Positions 11,798 through 26,800 of a DNA stretch of 64,000 nt are shown here, piece after piece; within the stretch, counting starts at the first letter, position 1; every line of letters begins with the position of its first letter. The stretch lies in contig OZ037767.1 in the NCBI GenBank assembly GCA_964035545.1, positions 26,738,628 to 26,802,627 of the forward strand, in the 5' to 3' direction. The notes under the pieces are model-generated. The model saw nothing but the letters and a program-made list of their open reading frames with translations. It ran no database searches and was not told where the DNA came from. The position numbers and the translations under genes are program-made. The DNA comes from Bugula neritina. Taxonomy: Eukaryota > Animalia > Bryozoa.

Positions 11798-14700
11798 TCA
11801 CAAATATACTGAACAACCAGGTCTCTTTCTTTGCTAGCTGCTATGTAGAAATATGATTGAGGGCTGATATAGGGTAAACCTCAATATACCTACTCATTTT
11901 GTTAAGACCTGAGGCTTAGAAACTAGAACTATTGTTAGTTCTGCCTATAAAGCTCGGTGTTTGGTTTGTTACAAGTGAAGTTATATACACATTGCAGTTT
12001 ATTATTATTATTCACAACTGTGTAGTAAACCTAATCAGGTTTTGTTTTATCCTCTTAAATGCTCTTTCAATTTAAATTGATTTCAACTTCAAAGACAATT
12101 GTAAAACACTAAGTTGACACCCTGAGCTCAGTCTATGTTTCAGCTATTCTTTAAAAATTGTTCAACTGTAAGAAACACAAACTTGAAACCTTTGTTTATT
12201 ACATAAGGTTAGAATGAGCTTTTTAATTATGTACTTGGTTACGTATTGCACACTTTATATACTGTGTATTTTATTGCCAGTTGCCGTATTAATTGCAAGA
12301 GTCTAAAAACTCTACTTAGGTGTAACACAGAGGTAAACAGTTGTGAGTATACTAGTATAATGGTTCCTATCACCTTTATTAATCCACTTCTAGTAAAATA
12401 TTGAACAATCTTATTTACTTTAAGTATATATCATTATTAGTAACTGCTTTTAAAACATGCATAATTGATGACCAATTACTGTTATGCAAGTAGTTTTACT
12501 AAGCAATTATTCATTTATATGTTTCATTAAAACATATGATATAAAATTATATAGCAAAAAGTGTTCTAGAAAAATATTGCAATTCTTCTCAAACTTCTGC
12601 TTTTCATACAATGTGTTGAATCCTTTTTTACTTTCGACTAGATGCCAACACCAACACCTTTTAAAACATTGCAGACAGTATTGCATATTATCTTTTCACA
12701 ATGATACAGGATTTCAGCTGTTCTCAATTCTGTTCTAATATGGTCAATAGTGTATTTAGAGGTTACAGTTGTTTTGTGAATGCTGACATTATTAGTTGTA
12801 TTCGTAATTTCTTTAAACCAGTTCAACCAGGACCCCTCTACAAGTCTTGCTGAAAACCTCTTGTAATAATATTCATTCATATTAAGTAATCTGTTTGCTG
12901 TGCTGACTTCTATTGCTCCAGCTGATAGCTACAGCCGCATGTGAATAGGTTTCTACTTGCATGAGAGTGTCTTAAGGTATCTGAAGGTGTCTTGGGGCTG
13001 ACTGAGACTGTCTGAGAGTGGAAGCATTGCATCTGAATTCATAACTCTTGACCAACCGTTATAAAACTGATCAGAAAGAAAATGGCGTGTATTTGACTGC
13101 ACTACTTAGACAATTTACTTTTAAATTTATAACAATTAAACAATATGTATTGTTTTGGAAAATTAGTTTCAGTTTGGTGATGAAATAGCCTTATCCATGT
13201 GTCTTTTAGGGTCATTATGTAAATTTACAGTTTGCTTCATCAAAAATTGAATTGAATTCTTTAAAAACCTGAATTTTATAAAAAGTGAACCTTATGAAGA
13301 TAGTTGTATACTGAGATTCTTACAGTTCACTAACTTAATGGACATAGCCAAATGCATAAAGTCACATATTTTGAAACTCAACGTACATTATATGCAGCAA
13401 CACATTAAGCTTTTAGACCACCAAATGACAGTTTCTTATGATTAGTAGTAACACTGTTAGATGCCTAACTTGCTGCCTCTACTTAGTTTTTATGTAAACT
13501 AAAACACATGTTCGGGAGCCATCACATAGCTCATTGTAAAATAGTGGGTATTGGCTGATCATTTATTTGATACTAATAAACAAGAATTGTGTTACACTAG
13601 CAGCTAGCTATTGTCTTAACCATGAATTCAATATAAATCTAAAACTGCATTGATAAGCAATCAAGCTTTAAGATTTTAGCACCTAACACATGTTGCCATT
13701 CTCCACCTTATCTTTGACATTAAATACAAGGTTCTTGAAGATGAAACAAACATTCTTATAAAATATTTTCAAACAAAAACTTATTCATTAACTTATCATT
13801 AAATTGTTATAATCAACGGATAGCTACACGTTTTAGTCTTTATATATTATTCAATTAAAACCAATATTTGCTTTAGTCTTGTTTTAAGATATTGTTAGCA
13901 AAATGTTCAAACATTGGCATATAAGAGGTGGCATTGCTGATGGATTTGCACAGGGTTAGAGACATGCTTCTCAGCCATTTTACAGATTTTTATTTTATGC
14001 GCTAGTACTAGGCATTGTGGGTGTGCTCTATTTGAAGATGGTTTCTCGAGCAAGGTAAAGCAGTTCTTTGTAGATAATATTCATTTTTAGTCAATTAAAA
14101 AACTGCAGCAAAACATACATCTGACAAGAGAGAAATTTAGGCACATGATACATGTTTATCAAATCTTGTTTGTTGATTTGTGTTGGCTGAGTTGTGGTGA
14201 TTAAAAGACAGAAGAGTGAGAGCTTGTTATGCACTTTGGACAACTTTTTGGGGCTATGAATAACACTTTAGTTATTTAAACTTATTTCTTCATTGAAATC
14301 TGGCCAGTTTTATGTACAATGAACTTTTTTTCAATTTTATTTCTTTTTAACAAAACAATTTTCGTCTGCAGTTTGTGTTATAAGTGACAACATCAAATAC
14401 TGAACTCAAAGTTGAATTGTTAAATATGCATAAAGCAATTATTTTGCAATAAGTTACTTATTTATAAGAAATCTAATCAAACTGTATTATATGTGTACGT
14501 GTGTGGGTGATGCCAACAGTTTTTTGGAAACCTTCCCAGTAGATTAAATGAGCCTTCTTTGATGATGATTTTCAACAGCATGAGTACTATTGCTGGATTT
14601 TCATTTAACTCTAAACAGCCTTGAACTAAATTTTTCTGTAAGCTCTTCTCTGTGGTTTATGGTTATTATAATGATCTGATAACTCCTTATTCCTACATGA

Positions 14701-16344
14701 AAAGTGAATTTGGACAAAAAATATTTTAATGAAATGGTCAAGCTCAAAATTGTTTAATTGAATGGTAATATTTTACACTAGTACCCTTGACTACGCATAT
14801 ATTTTTGCTGTAATAAAGAGTGGTTAGTTTTAATCAACTATCAGCCACAAGGAGGTGTGTTTTGTCATTTCATAAAACTAATGAGATACAAGAGCATATT
14901 AACAAAATATATCGGCATAAAACTACATTGCATGTTATACCTTCTTGCACTTTAATGACTGCAAAATCAGTTATAGAATCCTACATAGAAAAGATAGAGC
15001 TATTGTAGATAGTAGCGCATTTCCTAAACCCTTAGTGCACACAACTTCTTTTCACAGGTCAGTTTTGTTGGCATAATTTGTGTTCCCACATCACAGCCTA
15101 TTGTAATTTAGTTACCATAAAATGCATATAGCTATAATAAACGAAAACTGAGCTGTTATTGTAATTAATTCAGTAAAGATTTTCAAACAAATTATCACAC
15201 CTTGATAATTCTACTTTGTAAATGTTACACTAGCTTTACAAAAATGATTATGTAAGTATATGAGTGCAATGGAGTAATAATGAGTGTACAAGTATTAGGC
15301 AGTATAAACATATTGTAATTTATATTTGTGTATTTAGTATTTACTTTGTCTAATTATAATAACAACTAACTTTTGCAAAAAACAAACCCAATTCTTTACC
15401 TACAGCAACCTGTATTTCAGAGTTGTCTATTCTTAAAATGTACTCGCTTATTGTATTGGATTGGAAAATTATATAAGGGTTGAACGTTGTAATTTGTATT
15501 ATAATTAAAGCTGCACATTCTATTAAAACTGATTATTTGACATTAGTAATGACTTTCAAGTAAGACTTAATCTGTCACAAATTACAAAATGTTACAAATT
15601 TCTGGCCTAGAAGTTCGGAATATTGAAACCCTGTCGTCTCTAAAGGGATAGGGTGCTAATTTTATATCTCATATAATGTATTTTACTAGTTGTCCATAAA
15701 CTGAAGTTTAATTTAAAAGGTATAAACTGTTTATCTGATAAGTATTATAGCTGTGTGCTAAATCTAAACATGTATCATTTGAAGAAATATCTTTTTGTGT
15801 TGTAACTATGGAGTCATTGCCCCAAAACGCCATGATTTAACTATATATATATTTTTTTTATCTTTTAATTATATGTTGTATGGTTTTATTCATAGAAACA
15901 AGTTTCCACTTGATTTGTATAATCTAAAGCTCATTTCACCCACTCCATGTCATTAGTAACAGTTGCTATTATTTTATTGAACTGTCTACCAGGCAATTAT
16001 GAAGTTTTGAGCACCCAGAGAGAAAATTCTATAAAATTAATTTAAATGTATAGTAAATTGTAGCTTGAAATTATTTACATTCAATGTATAATCAGCTGAT
16101 TGTAAGTAGCTAGCATTCTGAAAACATGTGAACTTTGTGTTTGAATCTAGAAGTGGCGAAGGTGTAGAGGTAAGAGGGGCTGCAGGGTTTACAGCTGACC
16201 TTTCACTCATGCCTTCATCTGAAGTGCCTGGACACAACTCTCTCAGAGTTCAAAAGGCATACAGGTAGGCTTTGACTTTATTTCTTACAAACTCATAGTA
16301 AGGTTAGGTATACTAATGTTAGAAATTCTATTAGGTGTGTGAAA

Positions 16345-16472
16345 ATCATTTGATGCAGCACAAAGCATGGGGTTCCTGAGTTCGGTAAATGTGAGTTTGG
16401 GGCTTGAAACTTTTACAATGATATGTAAACAAACACTCCATGACCTCAAACTTTGTGCTGCATCTAACGAAT
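16345..16472. repeat. Small inverted-repeat element (possible MITE remnant)
   Basis: gatgcagcacaaag (16352-16365) and ctttgtgctgcatc (16451-16464) form a perfect 14-bp inverted repeat, with imperfect extension on both sides. Confidence 0.5.
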
Positions 16473-17989
16473 TGTCTATAGGTGCGCTGGTATGTAGATT
16501 TTTACTTACTTAGATTTTCTAAATTGATTTACTTAGTTGAACTAAGAGTGCATTTGGTTCATTTGAAGCTGACAGACAACTCTTTATTTTTGTCATTCAA
16601 TAGCACTAAGGCTATACAAAGTCTGCATACTGTGTATAACAATTTACCCTCTAAGAGATGCTTTAGCATGGTATATAAATTGACTGTATGTCCAGTAACC
16701 CACATCAATACTTACCTGTAAATTCAGCTATTTGGAGTTGCTATATTTTTCACATTGGACTGATGCATTCTGGTCCAATGTTTGATTTGACCATCTGATC
16801 TTAAAAACCAAGTGTAGGATAGCCCAGGGCACGTATGTCTGTGAATGTTCCCATAACTCCAATATATTTGTAACTGCTTCATACAGTAGTATACTATAAT
16901 AAGCTGGTTCGGCTATATAAACTGATATACAACATATGTTCAAATATACACATATCGTATATATGCCAATATATAATATATTCTCATATAAGATTTACAC
17001 ATATACACAAGTATACATAGAATATATTTTAATTGCATTCACATGTAATATATTACAGTCATATACACTTAGAGTTTATGAACATATAAAATATTACAGT
17101 CATATACACATACAGTTTATGAACATATATGCTCATTGCACATAATATATTAAAAATGACATGTAGTCATATATGTTATTGGAAACATTTATTTGAGTGT
17201 CATACTAATGTCATGAGTCACATAACAAAAACATGCTGACTAGGAGGAGCATCTGATTTAACTGATTGTTTTGGACAAACAGAGGGACTTTCAATTTTAA
17301 TCCTATAAATATTGACTGTTGATTCAACCAACAAGTTTGATTAGTTAAATATACGAGAACTAAGGCTCTCATAGCCTCAAATTTAATTCTCAAGAAATTC
17401 TATTTACATCCCCAGCCATATACTTAAACATAAGCAGTAAGGACAATATTTGCATGGCTGATTAAAAGTAGAAGAAAATGGGAGATTAAATGGTATTTAA
17501 CTTCTTTAGCATAACAAATTTTATTGAGTTATTGAAATCATATAATGAATGACCTTTGCAGCTCCACAATAAATGTACATACAGTCTGTCATCCTGAACT
17601 GCATATACCACACATATTGCACATGTACATGTAACCTCACATATTCACACACATGTAGCAGTTATGGAACTTATGCCACATGCAGTCAAAGAGAGAAATT
17701 TTGCTAAGAGAGTTCGTAGAACATATCTTGGTATTTGGACAAGAACGTAAGTTGAGAAGAATTTGTGGTGCACCATTTCTTACAATGTGGATAAATATAT
17801 TTGATATTTTATTGCCTTCATATCAGATAGTTTTCCTTCTAGAATTGAGTTTTAAGTAATTTATAATAAGTTTATTAATTAATGCAATAGTTTTCTCAAC
17901 TGCAGCATACCTAACAATCAGACACCTTTGCTACTTGTGATTTCAATTTTCGCATGCGAAAATACGCACAGTGTGGCCCTAGGCTTAGT

Positions 17990-18062
17990 CTCTCTGTCTG
18001 TCTGTCTGTCTGTCTGTCTGCATATTTGTCTGTCTGTATGTCTGTTTGTCTGTCTGACTGTT
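17990..18062. repeat. (TCTG)n microsatellite
   Basis: Direct reading; imperfect array. Confidence 0.85.
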
Positions 18063-18658
18063 AGTCTATGGTCTATCAATCTACTGCCTTACATTACAAT
18101 GCACTTGTAAGCACTATAGGAGTTGAAGCCACCAAAATATTTAACTGCATGCAGTCTTATGCAACTGCTTTAGTTTACTGTAATCTTACTCAAGAACATC
18201 TCAACTTTAAGAAGGAAAGTTTTACTAATGTTAATATGTTTGCTTTTATATAACAACCTTAATTTCTTTGAGAAGAGGTCAACATAAGGTCAAGTTACGT
18301 TGAGTTTCTATTTGGATATTATCATATTATCTTTTATTTATCTAAACTGAATATTGCAGATATATCATAATGCAAGTGGCACTGTGTATATTGACACTCA
18401 ACTATAATTACAAATTGTATCAATTTAAAAAGGAAATTAAAATAATTGATTAACACAGATTGCATTGAATTATTACCTCACAATAACCAAATGATGCCGG
18501 TTTACCTGCCAGGGTGGCAGCTCTGTGAGTAGTCAGCGCTATAGTAATCACTAAAACTGTCAGTATACCTGCTCAGACAGGTTAGACAGGTGTATACAGG
18601 TGTATATAGGTCAGACAGGTGTACAGAGGTTTGACAGGTGTATTAAGGTTATACAGCA

Positions 18659-21600
18659 ATGAAATACAGATTCTATCAGTTGGAAAGAAACTTTCGTTGG
18701 GTGCTACAAACGTAAGTGACTCTAGTGTGGGTGCGCGGTGTGTGCTGTGTGTGCGTTACATTCTGTCATTACATATGTATATTTATATAGTTATATGACT
18801 GTATTTGATATAATGTGCTGCAGAATCAATGGCATTGAGTCAGGCAGACTAGACAGGCAACTACAACTGTTAGAGAGACAAAAGCTGCACACAGTACGAC
18901 TGGTGAATAATAACATCAGACTGACGAGAGTCACTTTGGACCACATAGAGGCTTGCAGTGGACACAGCATCAACCAACTAGGTGAGTGTTACCATAGAAA
19001 CATTTTTCTTGTGAGTTTTAAATATATAACAAACACTAGTGGGGGGTGAAAAGGAGTGGAGTGTGCGGTTACTAACCTCAAAGAAAATGTCAAATCTAAT
19101 TAGTAGCCATTATTTCAGAATGATTATGTAATAATATATTATTATGGGGCTAAATTACCGAAAATAAAACAAAATTGTTATGTGACAACAGCATAATATT
19201 ATCAATGAGAAATTTTACTTTCTTTTTCTACTATTGTTTTAGTCAGTTGTATTCACTCAAGTTCTTACAGTTTGATACTCTTTTATCATTGAAGCATTCA
19301 ATGTAGTTCTTCTTTTTATAATAGGTTGTAATTTCATTAATTAACTGAAGGTTATGGCAAACAAAGAATTATAAAAAATTAATAAATTGGGATATGAGCT
19401 TTGTAGCCTTCAATTCATAGCTACTTCTAGATTAAAACAGCACATACAGAATTTCACATGTGATGACTTTACAGAATATAGTATGAGTCTTTAGGAATTA
19501 AAGATCGGTAAATGCAGCACTAAACTGGTAGTCACTGAATGCATTGGCTGAGGGGTCTCAAGTTTGTAGTTGAGGGTTTGGAGACCGATGTGCAAACAAA
19601 AATTCAATACCGTACGCAATCACCCCCCACTTGGTGCTGCTTCTATCAATGTTCTCAAGACTTGCCTATATAATATGTTTCTAAAGCACCAACTCTGGAG
19701 ATCTCTGATATTCTAGCTCTGTTATTCTCTTTGTTGAAGGGTTCCTTGGCAGCAGTGCTGATGACTCACTGAGTAACTTGGCACTGGCTGGAGATGAATC
19801 CACTGACAAACCCATGTTTCTGTACGGAGAGAGACAAGTGAGTCGTAGAGTCAGCAGGTTTAGGAGAATTCAGTCAGCAATGGGCAAAGGTGAGGAAATC
19901 AGCCTTCACTATTCTAGCATCTCACAAGTTGTCTTTTTTCTTTTTGCAAATGCTGCTTTCAATCTGGTATAAATTTTTCCTGTAAGCCATACTACACAGC
20001 ATTTTTATGTATTTTATATACTCCTAGAAAAGGCACTGCAAATTAATACAATCACAACTTTGAAATGTGTTGTAAATCTAAAAAGATGCATTATAATTGA
20101 ACAATAAACACAATATGATGATTTCAATATTGAACTACCTGCCCTTTATGGCAACCAAGGCTCAACAAATGGTGCATAAAATATATTAAATGGTGAGCCG
20201 GTAGTGACAAGTCATTTGTAATGAAGCAGTGGGTATGCAACTGGGGGCACAACTGGGAGCCCAAAACTGTGACCTATAGCTTCCTTGATTTGAGAACTTT
20301 AAGCTCACAAATAGCTTCTATATAATTATTTTAGGTACTCCTAGTCTAATGCACAGATAAAAGTAATATGTTATTGTCTTTATATTAAAGTATAAATAAG
20401 CTCAAAGCAGCTTACAGAAATTCAATTAAGCTGCAATAAGCACCTTTTAGTATGAGTGTAAGCAGAATTGTTGTAAGTCAAATTACATGGTTTATAGTAA
20501 ATATATGAATGTAAGTCTGTGCAGTGTTTTTACTCTCACAGGTCGAAGTTCATCAACATCATCAGGACTTCCTCTGTCAGATCTACAAAATAGGCCAAAG
20601 AGCTCTATACCTACCTTTAGAGAGATCAAAGTAAGAGTGAAACGGCAATTAGAGCTAAAACCAGACTGGGATCCTAACACTGAGTTGCCCTATGACTCTG
20701 GAGAAGAAGGTGGCAAAGAAGAGGTCTCCCAAAAAGTCACAAATGCTTGGGAATCTGAAGACAGAATATTGTCAGCCAAGTATACATACTTTTTTATTTG
20801 GGAGACAACATTTTCAAACAATCATTAAGTTTAAATATAGTTAAATTTCTTAGAAATTGTTGCATCCTTTTTATTAACAGTGTGTTGGGTGTATCAAAAT
20901 AATAATTATACTTTATTTGTGTGATTTATGTTAATACAGGGTTGACAGAACCAAATCAGGAAAAAGATCAAACGTAAGTTGGCATTTAGCCAAATCTCCA
21001 CCAGCAAGCGCCACAGAAAAAGAGAGTGAGGTTATCACAATGATTGAAAAAGAAAACATTAGTAATAGAGATCATGACATTGAAGCCAATAACAAAATCA
21101 ATATGTAAGTTATTTTAATGGCACGATGTCATAAATTTCTCTGTCAAAATGAAACTGAATAATAAGCAAAAAAATTAGCCTAAATAACTTTAATTAGCAA
21201 AATAATACACAGTTAACTGAAAATCTCAAAACATTTTTATATCCATTGAATTAGGAAAAACTCCAGAATTACGTCACAGAGAAGTAGAAGTGCCACGTCA
21301 AAACTGCAAAGTGAAACAAAATTAGATGGTGATGAAACAGCAGAAGTTAATCAAAAGGATGAAAGTCCATTACTAGCAGAACGAAAGAAAAATGTGAAAT
21401 CTGCTTCTGCAAGATTAGAAAGAACACAAAACTTAGCTCCTAAACCTAGAAACCCTCGAGATCATCCAATGGTAAAGTTGGTAGGTAGAACTAGAGCTGC
21501 TATTAGCAAGGCTAAAAAGGTCCAAGCCTCATCTGCTTTTGTTGATCCTGAAAAAAGTCAATTGGGTACAATTAAGGAAAGGCAGATAAAAGCTAAAGCT

Positions 21601-21813
21601 GAAAAGCTAGAAAAAAACCGAGCTATGCATAAGTTAGAGGCAGTTAGCACTGAATCTAAAGTAACTGATTATTTGTTAAATAACCCCATAACTGCTAACA
21701 AAGTTGATGAAAGTGAAAATGCTGTAGTCAATTATGATGTGGTTAGAGAAGTTTTAATAGAGAGACAAATTTCACTAGTGTCAAAAAATGATCCAATCCA
21801 TGACGGTGATTAG
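18659..21813 (+). CDS. Uncharacterised 440-aa protein with N-terminal coiled-coil-like segment and long charged, probably disordered, body
   Basis: Exons 18659-18711, 18824-18981, 19740-19889, 20542-20779, 20940-21104, 21255-21813. All introns GT-AG, phases 2,1,1,2,2, total 1323 nt open. Begins MKYRFYQLERNFRWVLQTINGIESGRLDRQLQLLERQKLHTVRLVNNNIRLTRVTLDHIE. Confidence 0.8.
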
Positions 21814-23817
21814 ATTTAGATAGGAGCAGTGATAGGAAATTGAAAAAAGTCTGTGCTATAACTAATACCAGTTTCTCTAACTATGAGAGATTTGCTTGCA
21901 AAATACTTTCAATAGTCAGACCTTCACATTTTTCTTTTTAATATTTATTTTGATGTGCCATTTGAATATAGTTTGATTTGCAATGCTGTATTTCTAACAA
22001 CATATCAGAAACTCATTGTGCAGCAGTTGGTGTGCTTTGTTGACTACTTTACTGACATATAACCAGCTGTGAACAGCATTTAAAGTAATGTTATACAGTA
22101 ATCCAATGGCTAAGGAATAAGCTCTGATTTGTTAGTGTCTCCAGAGCTTGAGCCCAGATAAAACTTCATTATTGCCAAATATTTAGCATAGGAGCTTTTC
22201 CTTCTGTAATCATCTGATCAATGTGATAAATCAAACCATGCAGCTTATTAACTATTAGCTGATATGACATTAGACAATATATCTCTTCAGTAGGAAGAGA
22301 TATAAATGAATCATTCAATCTTGTTAATAAACAATATAATATAATGAAAAACCATGCTGGAAGAAAACCTGGCTGACTCACTACATAGTGTCTGTCTGTC
22401 TGTCCTGCGAGCATGCTCACTGCTGTGCAATAGATGAGAGCTGTTCGAGTTGATTTGTATGATTTGGTTAAAATTCACTGCATGTGGTGTGTTTGCAGGG
22501 TGCTTCAGCGTGCTCTACTCTAAACTAAATGCAAAGGTTGCTGTGCTGTTAACTGCTAAGCTTGTGGTACACTCTGAGAGATGAGAAGATAACTCCCATT
22601 TTTAAGCAGATGCTGCTATTAATGCTGAGGATACAAGTTAATCCAGTATTATTGCTGTATAACACTGGTGGTATATGCTTTACATAGGATATTAAGGTCT
22701 TGCATATAATCATGTCAGTACATATAAGTGTGACACATTTATATTAGCTTGAAAGATTTTTAGTGACTAAAATAATCCTACGACTATCCAGCCATGTTCA
22801 TGCCATTAGCAAGTTACGATGTATAAAGCTGTCCAATAATTTGCTATATCCTCTTTGTGCATTTGTTATTGTTGCTTTCACTATGGTGTTGAAATGTTGG
22901 ACTTTTCCAATTTTATCAATTATTGTTACTGCATGATTTATTACACATTTTTAAAAATAAAACCAGTTTACAAACCATGAAAATTGACTATTTACAAAAT
23001 AAAATTCAAGTGTTCACAATTAACAGTTGCAGATAATAATAGTACTTATTATATAATTACATTTAATAATTACAATATAATCATTATAGTTTCTTGTTTA
23101 GCAACACCAGATAAATGCAACTTGCATGTAAATGAACCAACATAAACAGATAATCTATAATACAGAATTCAATAACTAATTATAACATTGGCCATTATGT
23201 AGACACAGTTACAGTAGGTGTCAGACATTAGTATAGCTAAAGAGGAGACATTTTTTTGTATTTCAAGTCAAAATATCAATTAGACTACAGAAAAATATAC
23301 CACAAAAATATTTGAAGGCTAGAAAAATATTCAAATTGCACATAAATATCATACAACAGACTTGGTCCACAATGTAAGGTAACAAGAGATTAATAAAATA
23401 TATATTTCTAAAATACTTCAATAGAAAGCAATTGGCAGCAATACAAAATTAACCATATCGAGAACACAGATTTCAACAATTCCAAATTATAAGTTGGCTC
23501 CCCTGACAAAGTGAGTGCAAAACTATAATCCTATTATATACAGTGTAATATCTAAGTTACCACAACACAATCTTGGCTTAACAATTTTCACTTCAATCTA
23601 AAATTTTAAAACTCACTTACAATTAATATATAACTTGACAATAAAGAGACACTATTAATCAGCACATATATACTATCAAATGAGCATCTGAGGAATATGT
23701 GACTGAAACTCAATGAAATAATGTTCAGCCAATATATAAACTTTTCTCAGACGACACACCGGATTCATAGACTGAAGGGGACAGGAAGCAGCGTGCATTC
23801 TGGTAAGAGCCGAGTAG

Positions 23818-26800
23818 TTACAACCCTGCTATACCCTCGCAATGATCATCACCACTGCACTTTTCTCCCAGAGCCATTTCATCTGGCAGCCATACAAACT
23901 GTCGAGTTTCATGTTCATTGGAAGGTGCGCAGTGGTCTCGCACTGTAAACAAATATGAGTTACAGATGCAGTATGATACTTACACTGTGTTATACACTTA
24001 CACTGTGACATACGCATACACTGTGACATACACAGTGTATACACTTACAGTGTGTTGTAGACTTACACCATGTTATACACTTACACTATGCTATACACAT
24101 ACCAATGTGATAAGAACTTAGAGAATATGATTAAATACGTACCATGTTCAGTCATAGTCTGCCGAACTTGGTTCATCTTGGAGTTACAGTCTTTAGCGCT
24201 AGAATTGTGATCATTGAGTCTTTCCGGATAATCTTTACCCACAATGCAGTTAGCATCTTCCTGTACCTGAATTTAAACAAGGCAGCAGCAAGTGAGCTGA
24301 AGCAGCAAACATGAGTTACATAACTTGGCAATTAGCCAGTATCTTCCCAACACGCAATCCCTTGGGATTAATCTCCTGATTTTTAGCTTAACATATTTAG
24401 TAACTCTACATATTCGTTTACAGTTAATTTGTGTTAGTCCTGCCCATCAGCTTAAGTAAACTAAACTCCCTTTAGAGTCCAGCAATACTTGGCTAAATGC
24501 AGACAGAAGCATACAGTTGGAAGCTGCCATACAAATCTAAGCAGTTTCAAACTTGAAACAACTGCTAAATAAATTAAGGAAACTGGTTGGCAAACTTTAC
24601 TTAGTTTCCCACATTGAGCATTTTCCTTTCCAATTTCCTCGGCATTCACAGCTAACAGACTTTACTTTTGAGGGTGAAAGGAGTCCATTTTTGTTTCTAG
24701 TTCAACTATTTTAGTTATACTGTTATAGGACTAAATACTATAACCAGTAAACTACCACTGTTAGCAATTAGTAGACTCTCTTATTGAATGATTAAATTGC
24801 AATCACACAGTATTAACTAATAAACCATGTCAAGTATATATGTGTGAAATGCATCTTATCATGGCAAGTATATACATTTAGATGAGTTACGAAATAACTA
24901 AAAGCCTGGTACTAGAGTCTAGACAGTATGTGTATTGCACAACAACAGTATAAGAAATTGTACCTTTCGTGGCGCCAGCCATGGCTGGAAGAGGTACTTC
25001 AATGGCATCTTCTTCAACACAGGAACGTACCTCCTAGTACAAAGATACTTTAGTTACACACTGCAGTGATGGGAAATTAAATTTGGCATTATTGCCAAAC
25101 CTCAGGGCGTGGAGATAGTGAAAAATTATTTCAAGAAATACTAAGTGTCAGAACTTAGAGGCGAGAATAGAGGTTTGGAGGCTTAGTAGAGGTGGTGAAG
25201 TATAGTATATTAGTAGAGGTAGTGAAGTATAGTATATTAGTAGAGGTAGTGAAGTATAGTATATTAGTAGAGGTGGTGAAGTATAGTATATTAGTAGAGG
25301 TAGTGAAGTATAGTATATTAGTAGAGGTAGTGAAGTATAGTATATTAGTAGAGGTAGTGAAGTACAGTATATTAGTAGAGGTAGAGAAGTATAGTATATT
25401 AGTAGAGGTAGAGAAGTATAGTATATTAGTAGAGGTAGAGAAGTATAGTATATTAGTAGAGGTAGATAAGTATAGTATATTAGTAGAAGTAGAGAAGTAT
25501 AGTATATTAGTAGAGGTAGAGAAGTATAGTATATTAGTAGAGGTAGAGAAGTATAGTATATTAGTAGAGGTAGTGAAGTATAGTATATTAGTAGAGGTAG
25601 TGAAGTATAGTATATTAGTAGAGGTAGAGAAGTATAGTATATTAGTAGAGGTAGAGAAATATAGTATATTAGTAGAAGTAGTGAAGTATAGTATATTAGT
25701 AGAGGTAGAGAAATATAGTATATTAGTAGAGGTAGTGAAGTATAGTATATTAGTAGAGGCGGTGAAGTATAGTATATTGTGTATGATATGATAGTAATAG
25801 AGATAGTGATAAGACAATGTAGTAAAAATATTTCATGCAGCTCTAATGCGGATAAAGTTGAAGCCTGCAACCAAATCACCACATCTGTATATCACTGCAT
25901 ATCCTAACAGGTAACACACCTGACATACAAGCCATATGGATCCATGCGGCGGCCATACTTCACCGGATCAAAACATCTTGGACAATCTAGAGCTTTCTCG
26001 AAAGCAGACGACGAAACCCACATCCAATTACCTGCACATATCGACCAATCATAATCAAGTAAATACTTCCGGAACATCTGGAAAAAAACAAATACAGAAT
26101 GCAAGCAATGAAATAGCTAAATTGTAAAATGAGATCTTCCCGTGCAAAACATCCAGTATAAGAAGTTTTCTATGTCAATAAACTACTTTTCTCATAGAAT
26201 AGGTTGCTATCTAGCCTAGCCATTGTAGCTGCATTAAACTACTTAAGCTACAAAACCTGGAAACCCTTGCTTCTTTGGTCTATATATTACACAAGCCCAT
26301 CTATTGGTCACCCTAACACTATACACGTTAAAGCTTTACAGCGAGACATGACATATTTACAGATTTATAGCTATTAAAAATCACAAGAGATGAAGCTTCA
26401 CAATCTTAAACTTAATAAACTAATATTCAAGAATAATTATTAAGGATTTATCCTGTCTATATACACAAGACTAATCTACGAATCAATAAGAAGAATCACA
26501 TAATTTGGGTACCTCGACGCCAACCTCCCAGCTGAGCCAGAGATCTCCCCTCGTTAGATATGACGCTATCATGTGTCTACCAACGTGGTGGATCCAGCCC
26601 TCCAGTCTCATCTGGTTCATTATGGCATCAACAAACGGGTAGCCAGTCTGGCCCTGTGTGTGTAGAGGGAGAGAAAGGATTCTACCATTATACCACAGGA
26701 TGGAATTTGACACAATGGTGTTTTCTGTATAACACTAAGAAGTTGTATATATGGTGGTAAATATTTTACAGACAGCTTGAGGTGCTGTGCTATACTTCTT

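Noticed and set aside
25148-25882. Long ORFs of 244, 220 and 199 aa with a CRISPR-like regular repeat
   Set aside because: A pure 27-bp tandem repeat with no unique spacers, inside a cry intron. The ORFs are stop-free repeat translations.
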